A stretch of 62,000 nucleotides of DNA from Wallemia ichthyophaga EXF-994 (GCF_000400465.1 NW_008806281.1:82001-144000); one strand, 5' to 3'. Positions 1 to 12,098 are shown, numbered from the stretch's first letter. The notes: a model not told the origin generated them from the sequence alone. Made by a program: numbers and translations.

Positions 1-796
1 GTCTGGTTGCTTCACATCGACGTGTGGCTGATCAACCTTTTTGAAGTTCCCGTCAACCTTGCCATGGTCCTCACGAGATTGCTTGACGTCTGGTTGCTTC
101 ACATCGACGTGTGGCTGATCAACCTTTTTGAAGTTCCCGTCAACCTTGCCATGGTCCTCACGAGATTGCTTGACGTCTGGTTGCTTCACATCGACGTGTG
201 GCTGATCAACCTTTTTGAAGTTCCCGTCAACCTTGCCATGGTCCTCACGAGATTGCTTGACGTCTGGTTGCTTCACATCGACGTGTGGCTGATCAACCTT
301 TTTGAAGTTCCCGTCAACCTTGCCATGGTCCTCACGAGATTGCTTGACGTCTGGTTGCTTCACATCGACGTGTGGCTGATCAACCTTTTTGAAGTTCCCG
401 TCAACCTTGCCATGGTCCTCACGAGATTGCTTGACGTCTGGTTGCTTCACATCGACGTGTGGCTGATCAACCTTTTTGAAGTTCCCGTCAACCTTGCCAT
501 GGTCCTCACGAGATTGCTTGACGTCTGGTTGCTTCACATCGACGTGTGGCTGATCAACCTTTTTGAAGTTCCCGTCAACCTTGCCATGGTCCTCACGAGA
601 TTGCTTGACGTCTGGTTGCTTCACATCGACGTGTGGCTGATCAACCTTTTTGAAGTTCCCGTCAACCTTGCCATGGTCCTCACGAGATTGCTTGACGTCT
701 GGTTGCTTCACATCGACGTGTGGCTGATCAACCTTTTTGAAGTTCCCGTCAACCTTGCCATGGTCCTCACGAGATTGCTTGACGTCTGGTTGCTTC
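1..796. repeat. Perfect 87-bp tandem repeat: 9 full copies plus 13 bp, running off the window edge. Encodes VKQSREDHGKVDGNFKKVDQPHVDVKQPD on the minus strand.
   Basis: Unit restarts at 1, 88, 175 ... 784 with no mismatch seen. The minus-strand frame is stop-free and continuous with the ABC transporter. Confidence 0.97.
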
Positions 797-3715
797 TTGT
801 CGACCTTAGGAGATTCTAAAACGTCTATAAGCTTGGTTGAGAATTTCAAACTATAATCAAACTCACCATCAATCTTGCCAGTGACTTTGCCATTGTAGGT
901 GCGTTTGTATTCCCTGTAGTCTCTGTCAGCAGGCTGCTTCCCCTTTTCATCGACCTTTTCCTGGTGACGCTGGGTGGGTTTGCGTGTGTCTTTTTCTTCA
1001 TCATCATCTTCATCTGATCCTGAGTCTGAATCTGACGATGAATGGTCGTCCTCGTTACCTTTCTTAGCGCAGGTGCATTTCTTGCTTGTGCACTTGCCGC
1101 AATTGGAGCATCTCGAGCACTTAACGCCACTGCAGTAGCTGCAGTCCTTGAGGAGCTTAGGAAGATGATCGCCATCTTCAGTCTCACCCTCTACCTGTTT
1201 CTTCCACATGGTCGCAAACATGCCGTTAAGGCTGAGAAGGTGAGAGTGCGAACCGCTCTCAACGACGCGACCGTCCTGCACAAAGAGGATGAGGTCGGAT
1301 TTAGCGATAGTGGAGAGTCTATGAGCGATAATGATAGTAGTGCGACCCTGACTGAGCTCGTTGAATGCAGCCTGGATCTCGCGCTCTGTATTAGTATCGA
1401 GAGCCGACGTAGCCTCATCTAGACACAGTATAGGAGCGTCTTTGAGGAGAGCGCGTGCTATTGCAATGCGCTGTTTCTCCCCACCACTCAATCTTACGCC
1501 TCGCTCACCGACGCGCGTATCGTACCCGTCTTGGAAGGAGAGAATGCGCTCGTGCATCTGCGCCGCTTTCGCAGCCGATACTATCTCCGCATCTGTAGCA
1601 TCATCCTTGCCGTATTTCAAATTAAACGCGATGGATTCGTTGAAGAGGGCGCAATCTTGCGGTATGATGGCTATGAGACGACGTAGAGCATGTTGCTGCA
1701 TATCGCGCAAGTCTACCCCGTTGATAGTGATAGAACCCGCGTCGACGTCGTAGAAGCGGTAGAGAAGACGCAGAATAGTGCTTTTACCACTACCACTTTC
1801 ACCCACCAGAGCAACTGTCTGACCTGTAGGCACTTGGAACGACAAGTTATCGAGTGCGTATCCAGAACTATCATACCTGAACCCAACCCTATCGAATTTG
1901 ATGAGTGGTTGACGAGTGTGGAAAGCTACTGCGTTAGGCTTGTCGTTGATATCAGTGTGCTCGCTAAGCAGTTGCATTAGCTTCTCACTATCAACTAGAC
2001 TCGTATTAATCGAACGGTAAATCATCCCGAGATTGTTCAAAGGCACGTATAGCTGCTGGAGGAAAGTTAAGAACACTACCAGCTCTGCTGCATCAGATCG
2101 TCCTTGCGCTACTCCCGCACAAACCACTGCCGTACCCGCTGCTATACCCGAGACAATAATAACGTTCTGTGCCATGTTCAAAAGATACAGCGACGCTATC
2201 ACCTTTTTCTCCACCGCTTGGAAATTCTTGAAAGCGGTAGTGTAGCGACTGATTTCATGCGCTTCGGCTGTGAAATACTTGATCGTGTCGTAGTTGAGCA
2301 ATGCGTCCGTGTAGATCGCCCTTGTTATATTGTCCTTAGCGACGTAGTCGCGACGCTGCGCTGTGCGCCAGCGTGTGATAAGCACCGATATATACCCATA
2401 GAGGAACATGACAGACGCGATGATGAGCGACAACACCCCACCGAATTTGAAATAGAAGTAGCCGAGAGCGACACAGATATCGGCGACAGTGGGGAAGATA
2501 GAAAATAGAAGCATTTGGAAGAAGTTGTTCAAAGCTTGCCCCTTGTCGAGAATACGCAGAATCTCACCAGTCTTCCTGTGCGTGTGGAACGCCAGGCTAA
2601 GATTGAGGAGATGGGTGAAACAGTGAGTAGACATGTTCCGGTCTGTCCACTGTGTTATAGGAATCCAAGCGATGTTCTGGACTACTTGCAAAAGGCCTCC
2701 GGAGCCTTGGAAGAATCGAAGAGCGATATAAATGATCAAGTGCTTCCAAGGCGAGGAGTAGGAAGAGAGGTCTTCGACAACTTTACCCAACTGAATTGGA
2801 ACGAGAAGGTTGATATATCTACCGACAAGTAACAAAACAAGACAGAAGAAGGCAAGTGTTTGTAGGCGTGGTGAACCACGTGGCCAAAGGACATCACCGA
2901 GTTGATACATACGTTTCATGAACGCACCCATGCCAGCAGAAGGAGATTTGTCCTTTGCGTCGTGCGTAGCATCGTCACTAGTTGTGTCAGTTGTGTCAGT
3001 TGTGTCTTCGCTGGTTGCACCGTACTGTATAGAGTCGTTGAGCAAGGGAGAGTTCTCACCAGGCGCAGCATTGCCATGGCTGTCATACCTGACGAAGGTA
3101 GTAGTAACACCGCAAACAAGCAACGCACTTCCAATAGCAAGACATATGACGCGTAATGACTGAATCGCGATGTGTGCATATTCAATTGCAGGGAGATGCT
3201 TTGTATCTGTTCGAGTGAGATTGAGTACTAGAAACCAAAATAAACCCACCAGAATAAAATTTAAGATAGTCAATCCACGTAATAAGAAGACTCAATTCGA
3301 GGATTACCGATATAATGTAGAAAGATTGGACATAAGAGCAGATATTTTTATTTTTCTGGACCGCGTAGGCAATGGCAAGGGAACCAAAAGCATATGCTGC
3401 AGAAGCACCGATGCAATGCACGACGAGTGCCAGCCAGTGCTCGTATATGACTGGATTGCGATAAACAGATTTGAAGATAAAAAAGTGTAAAAAAGACGCG
3501 AGTAAATCAGCAAAGTAGGTAAATAGTACAGATTGCGTAATTACGAATAACCACACACGTCTGTATCTCTTTCGAGATGGCTGTGGATCTGGGGGGGAGA
3601 TATACACTCTAGCGAGACCAAATAAGACGACGGCATTGAGTAGAATAGGAATAGCATAGCGGGTAATTAGGATAACTTGCGGTGCAGCGCGCAATCCGAT
3701 TGCAATTACTGCCAT
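1..3715 (-). CDS. HMT1: HMT1/ABCB6-type ABC half-transporter with extended C-terminal tail; 3' end outside the window
   Basis: Manual translation gives TMD0 (ORF 3182-3715), a 43-nt intron near 3208-3250, LWPRGSPRLQ, Walker A GESGSGKS, LSGGEKQ, LDEATSALD and AHRLST. A Cys cluster, acidic tract, probable 51-nt intron (866-816) and the repeats follow. Confidence 0.9.
2980..3006. repeat. 9-bp unit x3 (AGTTGTGTC), encoding DTT x3 in the HMT1 linker
   Basis: Direct sequence. Confidence 0.85.
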
Positions 3716-3739
3716 GGTGGAGGTTTGGAGTCAACGTTC

Positions 3740-5414
3740 ATGATGACATCAAAACAGGCATTTAATCTTTTTAATAAGGTACCTCGGCAAGTGACACAGT
3801 CTTATGATGTCCTGATTGTTGGCGGTGGGCCTGTTGGATTGGCGTTGGCTTCGTCACTGGGATCGTGTGCCGATCTCAAAGCACTCAAAATTGGATTAAT
3901 CGAAGCGAATTCGCTGGATGGCGTGAGAAATTGGAATGGAAATGAACTCCCAGCGTATTCGAATAGGTGTTCGTCGATTAGTGCTTCAAATTACGTGTAT
4001 TTCCAGCGTGAGTTGAGTTTGACAAGTGGAGGTTGTGACAGCTGAAGAAGATGCAGGCACAGGTGGTTTAAACACTCTTAATACATGCCGTGTTTCTCCA
4101 GTCAACAATATGCAGGTCTGGGATGGCAGGACTGATGCCAGGATCACATTTGGCAGGCAGCTCGACGACGAAGACTACGGAGCACTCGCAAAGGACAGCA
4201 GCACGCTTTCGTATATGATGGAAAATACAAATCTGCAAAAATCATTCCTCGATCATATTGACAGGTCGACGTCTATTGACATACTCGACTCGGCAAAGAT
4301 TAGATATATAGATCGTGATAATGAGTGGCCCAGGGTTAATTTAGAAAACGGAGATAGCCTACGTACACGGCTCATAATTGGTGCAGACGGGTTCAACTCA
4401 CCTGTACGGAAATTCTCCGAAATCGAAGCAGTGGGATGGTCATACAACGCAGCAGGATTTGTTTCGACATTAGAAACACAACCATCTCATAACGCATCAC
4501 ATTCATCACAAACAGCGTTTCAAAGATTTTTGCCAACAGGACCGATCGCTTATCTGCCGTTACCGGGCTCAGCAGCGTCAATGGTGTGGTCAACAACACC
4601 TGAGCTTGCGAACAAGTTCAAACAGGCTGACATAAGAGTGCTTGGGTTACTTATCAATGCTGCGTTCAGATTTAGAGAGGATATACTTGCAACACTTTAC
4701 AATAACGTAAATCTCGACTATGATAGCTTTTTACTGCTAGTGAAGCAGCTTGAGAGTGCACAAGGAATTGATATGACTACCTCGCGACAGATTAGTAACG
4801 GAGTAGCTGATGGGATACCACCAAGTGATCATGAAGGGTTTCCACCGTTAGTGACATCAGTAGTGGATGGATCGCAGGCATCATTCCCACTGAAACTAAA
4901 TCATACTGATGGATATGATGGGAATAGAGCAGTATTGGTAGGAGACGCGGCTCACAGCTGTCACCCACTTGCAGGACAAGGGTTGAATTTAGGGATGGGA
5001 GATGTGCAATCACTCACGTCAGTACTAGCAGAGGGCCAAAGATTAGGGGGAGATATAGGAAGCAAGACGATATTGGAGAGGTATACGAGGGATCGCTATG
5101 TAGTAAATCTAACCATGCTTATGATGACAGATAAGTTAAATGCGTTGTTCCAAGTAAGTGGGGAGAACCCACTGGTGCAGCTGCGTAGTATGGGGTTGGA
5201 GATGATCAATGAGATAGATAGGGTGAAGGAATTCCTTGTGAGACATGCAGGCACAAAGGGCATAGAGAAGGAAGATGGTGATAGTATTATAGCAGATGGA
5301 ATAGAGAGTGTTGGAAAAGCAATAACAATGCTCAGCGCAACAGCAAGACAAGTTGGGAGATTTGGAGAGGGAAAGGTAAACGAAATGATGAATGGAATTG
5401 TAAATAAGAAGTAA
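3740..5414 (+). CDS. COQ6: Ubiquinone biosynthesis FAD monooxygenase
   Basis: YDVLIVGGGPVG, IGADG, FQRFLPTGPIAYLPL, LVGDAAHSCHPLAGQGLNLG. One intron near 4008-4058. Start may instead be 3714 with an intron. Confidence 0.9.
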
Positions 5415-5476
5415 GAAATAAAAAAATCAAGCATAGGATATGATTTGTGCGATAAAGAGATGATATAGAGTTGAGT

Positions 5477-6010
5477 TTAGAGGGAGTTCATTTGAGCGAT
5501 AACTTCGTCTAATTCACGTTTCATCGAACCCAACTTTTCTTGAGAGTCTTCATACTTTTTCTCCCAGGCATCACGTTCTTGTTCAACGCGCTGTACTTGG
5601 CGTTCAAAGTGCTCAGCTTTGACGTCAACTTGACGGAGTTTTTCAGTGACGTCTTTCAAATTCTTTTCAGAGTTGTCGAGTTCGTCTTCTAAGAGGGCTA
5701 TTTTGCGATGTAAAGCTTCAGCGTTTGTGCGGTGAGCGTCTTCCTCGTCTCTGAAACCTTTCAAGTCATTGAGACGAGATTCGAGGGAATCGTTGTCAGA
5801 TTCAGCGAGACTGAGTTTGTGTTGAAGGGATTGAACTTCTTGTTCCCTTTGAAGGGAATCCTGTTCAAGCTTCTTTACACGTTCCTCAGAAACTTCAGCC
5901 CTTTCAAGGTTGGAATCAGCTTCAATGCGGAGGTTGTTGAGTTTCTGTGTGGGTGTCAGTGTTATATTATTTGTAAATGAACCGATAAAAACCTCTTTAA
6001 TCTTCTCCAT
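5477..6010 (-). CDS. TPM1: Tropomyosin (161 aa after removing an in-frame 48-nt intron near 5992-5945)
   Basis: MEKIKE|KLNNLRIEAD coiled coil; spliced length matches fungal cdc8/Tpm. Confidence 0.92.
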   Translation of the reverse strand: MEKIKEVFIGSFTNNITLTPTQKLNNLRIEADSNLERAEVSEERVKKLEQDSLQREQEVQSLQHKLSLAESDNDSLESRLNDLKGFRDEEDAHRTNAEALHRKIALLEDELDNSEKNLKDVTEKLRQVDVKAEHFERQVQRVEQERDAWEKKYEDSQEKLGSMKRELDEVIAQMNSL

Positions 6011-6937
6011 TCGTGATGAAATTTGTGGTTTGACGTGTGGTTTGACTTCAAACGTAAGTTTAATTCATCAAAACCCTAAGATGGGTTTCGGGGCGGGTGA
6101 AAAATAAATTCGACCGAGGAAAGAAGCCTAAATGAGCTTTTGTTTCCAATTGAGCGAGGAGAAAATTTTTAACGAAATGTTCATATTCTAGAAAATTTCC
6201 CGAAAATTTTGATCAAGAATGTAAACAGGTATGAATGCATTATGTAGATATTACACAGTTTTACACCGGTTTACGCCTTTGTTCGACTCCTGGGAAGAAA
6301 TGAGGCTAACGTGGAGAAACGGCTCGGATGGCGACTAGGTGCAGCCACAAGTACTTAGATAATAGAGGTTAATTGTGCAGGAAAGCCAATTTGTTGTCTA
6401 GGCTCACTATAACGAATGGCTTCAAATGCTCAATTCGAAGAAATGGTCGCTATGATGAACAGGGAGCGTGAAAAGGAGAAGAAGAAGCTGTTTTACGCCG
6501 AAGATGTAGCTAAGATCAGCAAAAGGACCAAAAACGCATTAAAAAATACAAGGAGAAGACAGAAACTGCCATAAAAAACGATTGGGGATTTCTCGTCAAT
6601 CCCAAACAACGCAAGGAGGATGCCACACCCTTGGCATCAGTAAAATATATGTCCAAGACGAAGCTATAATGCTTATGGATTTGCGTCCCAACTCCCTCAA
6701 CACGCGTCAAGTAAGTTACGTAATTCAATTGCAATGTCTGACGTGTGGCAGATGGTCTCGGCTCTTTCAAAAGAGGGAATAGAGAAGGCGAAAGCTCACT
6801 ACGATGGAATAACCTGCTTCAACACGAGTATTGAAAAGAAATTTGACTTGATATCAATTCCCAATTTTTTACTTTAAAGTTTATTCGAAGTCTTCTTCCT
6901 TGTATATTACAATACATATTTACTTGTGTCATTCCAT

Positions 6938-8402
6938 TTATACTGTACCTCTGCGCTTCACTGGTGAATGAGACATCCTAGCCTTGGAAACTTGTTCTGC
7001 CTGCGAAGGTCTCTTATTTACATTACTACCCCTAACTCCTCTCTTTGCTGGCATTCCCTTCCCTCCCTCATTGGTGTCCTTCAGCTTTGCCATCTTCACC
7101 CTTCCTGCAGCCCTCTGCTGTGCCTCTACTGTGCCTCTACTGTGCCTCTACTGCTTGGTTTGCGGAGCTTGTAGGTTTTGATGGGTTTGTAGTGTTTGCT
7201 GTGTTTGCATTGTTTACAGTGCTTCTACTGTTATCATTCCTATCGCCCTTTCCTCTAGCACCGGCAAACGAAAATGGCCTTGGCGTTGGCGGTGCTTACT
7301 GCACCTTCTTATGTTTTTTCACAATTCTCGTCTTTACTATACCTTCTTCGCCGCCTCCAGAGCTACTCAATTCCTTTGCATTAGTTGTACTACTACTACC
7401 TCCACCGAATATCTTCTTGCCTACACTCTTGATCATCCAAGCGGCCTTGCTAGCAGTTGCGACTCGAGTTGGTGGTTTCCCGCCTCCGATAATCCTACCA
7501 AGTGGTCTTCCTCTAGTGTTAGCTGTCATACTTAACCGTCTCTTCTGTCTCGACACCTCTAATCTACGCTTGATATCATCTCTACGCTCCTTTTCATTTA
7601 AAGGTACAGTCCCCTTGATTCTCTTGTTAGGTTGGCTTGGTTCTGCTACAGATGATCTAGCTTTAGCTTCCTTCTGCGTAAAACCCTCGTCTTGAGCAGA
7701 TGAGGTGGGTTAAGTAGGCTGTGTCGTTTGCCTAGATTGTTCAGACTTCGATGGACTTGCCTTGCCCTTGGTCTATGCTCTCGGCTGACCTGGCTTCTTG
7801 GGGGAAACCTTAGGTTTGGCTGCATAGTGATCGGCTATACTGCCCATCTTCTTAAATTAATTCTTATGTGCATAATCGAATTTCCTCTTTATCTTGAGAT
7901 TCGTGTTTATTTTGATATTCGTGGTACTGTTCAATCCTAACTGCGCTGCACTCTTTGATGATCTACTCGTCTCTGATTGCGCTTCAAATTTAGGCTTGAC
8001 TTCGGCAGTTGGCAGACGTCTGTTCAGTTCATTCATAATGGATGTAAAACCTGCAATTGAAACACCTGACTGCTATCCAAACACGAATTGTGGCAGTGGT
8101 GGGTACACCTTAATTGATGCGCTTTCACTTGAGCCGTTGCTATTGTTAATTCCAGACAGACTTGGTCTGTTTACGAACCAAGGTTATGGCGATGGCGGTT
8201 TATTGTCATTGCTGACTAGTTTAACGGTATCGTCAATGATTTTGAAGAAAGAGAATTGACACGACACGTCTGTAAGATGTTAAAATGTAAAATAGAAAAT
8301 AACATGTATATAAATATCAATAAACAATAGATTTACTTAAAATAAAATAAAAATAAAAATAAAATGACAATCAATTAAGATACCTTTATCAAGTACATTC
8401 AT
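6938..8402 (-). pseudogene. Disrupted gene for a basic S/P/K-rich protein with a NuSAP-like motif
   Basis: One frame carries TAA/TAG at 8184, 8073, 7857, 7773, 7710 and 7296, with motif KRKFDYAHKN*FKKMGSIADHYAAK. A 22-nt tandem expansion at 7119-7151 shifts the last part of the frame. The 5' end is uncertain. Confidence 0.65.
7119..7151. repeat. 11-bp unit x3 (TGTGCCTCTAC)
   Basis: Direct sequence; removing two copies restores the minus-strand frame to the stop at 6938. Confidence 0.9.
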
Positions 8403-8404
8403 CA

Positions 8405-11400
8405 ATGAATAATAATGAAATTGGTAGATTGCTTCAACAACAACAACAGCAGCAATTTAATCAATTAAATCCACAACAGAGGCAGCAGGTGGGTTATTTG
8501 TTATATTAATTTAATTGCTCTGATTAGTGGATTTCCTTATAGGCGATGATTGCAACTCAAATGAGTAGAATGCAGCAGCAGCAGCAGCCCCAAGGACAAC
8601 CTCAACAAACACAAAATCATCCTCAGGACCTTAACCAATCACCTTCCCTTGAACAAGCATTTCAATCAAACAACCTCCACTTCCTAATCGACGCTGCAAA
8701 ATTAAATAAATTAAATAACGATAACCTTCAAAGATTACAGAGGCTTATTAGAAATTCTCAACTTGAGCATATTCAACGGGGCGGTGGACAGGGTGCCGGT
8801 GGTGGCCAGCAAGTTAGACAGCAACCACAGCAACAGCCACAACAACAACAACCTCAACAACCCCAGCAACACCCTCAGCAACCACCACAACATCCGCACC
8901 TAGTCCCCTCCCAAATAGCTGCCGCTAAGAACCTCCAACAGAAAATAGAAACCATCGATTTACAATTGAGAAATTCAAATTTATCCCCACAAGACCGAGA
9001 TAACGCTAGAAAGTCTTATGATGAAGCTAAAAATTTACAAGCTTTGTTTATTCAACAGCTTAGGAGTAATCAATCGACTAAACAATCAACCAATATGTTA
9101 CACTCTCAATCTCAGCCACAAGTTACAACCAACTACGATAACAACTGGGCTAATCAACACCAATTTCCCAGTCTCTCAAATAACTTTTCCGGCGATCATC
9201 ACTCAAACATCCTTGGTCTTGGTTTGGTTGGTACTTCAAATCCTCCACAGCAGCAACAACCTCCACAACAACCTCCACAACAACCTACACCCACTCACCA
9301 ACCTCCCACTCAACCCCGCCCAAACCTCTCCATGCTCCCTCAACTTCAACCCGAAAATTTTCTCAAAGCCCTTATCGATCTCATGAAGAAGCGTGGCACT
9401 CCTATTGAAAAACTACCTGAAGTTGATGGTAAAGGTATTGATTTACACAAACTCTACATGACTGTCATCCAATCTGGTGGCAGCTTGGAAGTTCATCGTC
9501 AATCAAAGTGGCCACTAGTTGGTGCAATCATCGGTTTACCAATGTCTAATCAATTCTCAGACTCTAATCCACGTATCTCTAACAACTCCTCCCAAGCTTT
9601 AGCAAACGTTTACAGAGAATACCTCGCTCCATTTGAACAAGTGTGGATGAAAGCTATTCATGATCAAGTCTCACAGAGAAGAGCCGCTGTCATGCATCAA
9701 CAACAATCACAACAACCACAACAATCACCTCTAACTAGACCAATGACTGGTTTCCCTCAACCAATTCCTCAACAATTCCCTCAACAATCTCAACCCCCCC
9801 AACCCCAACCTAATCAACCTCAACCTAATCCACCTCAGCCTAATCAGCCCATCCATCAACAACAACTAATGGCTTCTCTCTCATCAATGTCTGATGATCA
9901 GTTGAGAAATTTAAACTTGACTCCTGAGCAAATTTTTCAGCTTCGCAGAAAGATCCAACAACCACAAATGTCTACCACTGCGCCGTCTTTGGATGCCACC
10001 AGCTCTGTTACTAACCCTTCTAACCCTCCTTCTATCCAAAGCAACCCTTCATCTCAAGGTATCCCTCCTCCTATTCAAAACAACCCTTCATCTCAAGGTA
10101 TTCCTCCTCCAATGGCTAACAATTTGCCAATCATGATGCCTCCAAAAGAGAGACTATCACAGGCCTCTCAACTTGTTCAGTCCATTAAGCAGAGTATCAT
10201 GCAACAAAGACCTCCTGTTAACTCTCAACCCAATTTGAATCCTGCTGAACAACACCAAATCGCACAAACTTGCGCTGAAATTAAGCCTATGCTTATCTCT
10301 TTAGAAACTATCCTGCCAATTTTCTTGTGTTTGAACGATCCAATAGAACCAGGTAAAATTGAAGCTGTTAAGAAGATTTCTTTGATGGTATGCTGGTTTT
10401 GTGATATTTACACTTACTAACTATCAATGCAGACTGTTATGTATTACCAGCAAACTCTTATGCTTCCCCAGCGTCAATTTTGTTTCAATCTCGAGGACAT
10501 GACCAGGCTGCGGATTCAATTGGCTCGATGTAAGCGTTGTTTCAATGTCTCATTTGTTTTGATTAACCATCATTGCAGGCTTCATGTATGTTAAGAATCA
10601 GGTCAAGGACGTACAAGGAATACAAAGCATAGCACAAAATGCAGCACCGAGACCTGCTTCCCAGCCTCAAGCAGCACCTTCTCAACCACCGGACCAGTCT
10701 GCCATTTTCAACAATGCCATGAAGCAAGCGCAACAGCAACCCTCGCACTCTGCATCTCCAGCACAACCTTCACAAGTTGATCAGGTGGCTATGTTCAATA
10801 ATGCGCTCAAGCAAGCCCAACAGCAGCAGCAACAACAGCAACAGCAGCAACAGCAGCAACAACAACAGTTACAACAACAACAGCAACACCACCACCAGCA
10901 GTCACAAGTACCCTCTCCAGCTTTGATGAGTGGCGTACAGAGAAGCACTGACAATCTCAAAGCACCACCGCCATCCAAGCGCACAAAGACTTCTCCGCAG
11001 ATACAAAATACACCTATAGATCTTTCACCATCACCCATTCCTCCACCCGCACATTCAGGCCAGACGCCACCGAAATCTCCGTATTCTCAAAAAGCAGCTG
11101 CAGCGAGTGCCAGAGCGAGTGGTGGTCGTGGACGCGGTAGGCCACAAGCAAGACCACGGAATGCACAAAGAGGTGCAAATGGTACGACAAGCAACGACAA
11201 CACCCCAATCTCCATCGATATTGATTCACCAGCGCAAAACGTTGCGCCGTCTCTACCAAAGGCACCTACACCTGCACCATCACAACCAACGCAGCCACCT
11301 AAACCTACGGCGCTTGAAGATCCAGTCGCCTATTTGGAGAATGCACTCGCAGATTTCAAGCACAACTTGCCATCTTCAGCACCCCAACCTCAGCATATAA

Positions 11401-11876
11401 GTAACCCACAGATGTTCAACAGCCTAGATGAAGGTCATCCACTCAAACCATCACTGACGCTCGAAGATGTCCACTCGAAACCTGAGCCTGAGTTTATACT
11501 CTCGCCAGATGACAACATCCATGGCCATCTCCCACCTAACGAGGAGCTCGACTTTAGTCTATTGATTGATGAATCTTCATTCAATGATCAGGATCAGGAG
11601 CAGGATGAGGAAAGTGGTGAGAATGTAAGCTCGAAGAAGATGAACGTCGAGACGCCTGAACTCATCAATGGAATGAACCCTTCGCCTGAATCGGTCAACG
11701 ATGAACTCAAGTCGCCCAAGGATGCGTCGGCTAGCGGAAGGCAAAAGACGTCAAATAGCCAAACTTCCAACGCTGCTCAAGAATGGCTCGCTGGATCTGC
11801 GACTGACCAGTATGACGCAATGATTGATAACAACTTTGGCGCTAATTGGCTTCTTCAAGATGAGCAAATTAGTTAG
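8405..11876 (+). CDS. Q/P-rich ARID (BRIGHT) domain protein, multi-exon
   Basis: ARID-like FLKALIDLMKKRGTP...IDLHKLYMTVIQSGG...KWPLVG; AT-hook-like GRGRGRP; introns near 8489-8542, 10388-10431 and 10510-10580. Confidence 0.8.
10818..10901 (+). repeat. Coding CAG/CAA polyglutamine tract
   Basis: QQQQQQQQQQQQQQQQQLQQQQQHHHQQ. Confidence 0.9.
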
Positions 11877-12098
11877 CAATATCTGGTAACACAGATATGG
11901 ATCATGGTTTTTATTCTTTTCACTCATCTCTCTCCCTCGCTATTGACACTATTTTCCATATTTTCATCACACTGCTCATCTCCACTATTTCGTTATCCCA
12001 GTCAGCCATTGTATTATTAATTGTTTCCATATACATGTTTTAGCCGCGACTACTTTGCCTTAGTTAATGTTTATGACAGTAAAGTCTAATGTCGCACT

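Noticed and set aside
1-796. CRISPR-like or telomeric reading of the array
   Set aside because: Units are contiguous with no spacers, 87 bp long and in frame with a CDS.
7-819. 270-aa plus-strand repeat ORF (LLHIDVWLINLF...)
   Set aside because: Antisense shadow of the HMT1 tail; non-ATG start, and the minus frame is continuous with a recognisable gene.
1042-2832. Plus-strand ORFs over the ABC transporter, and similar short antisense ORFs throughout the window
   Set aside because: Shadows of recognised genes on the opposite strand with no motifs of their own.
6132-6877. Possible spliced or decayed gene between tropomyosin and the NuSAP-like locus
   Set aside because: A plausible 41-nt intron and protein-like pieces exist, but all three frames carry stops near random frequency and no family is recognisable.
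6938-8402. A-to-I editing of premature stops, as in Sordariomycete sexual stages
   Set aside because: It would yield Trp, which does not fit the motif position; four of six stops are TAA; it would not repair the frameshift.
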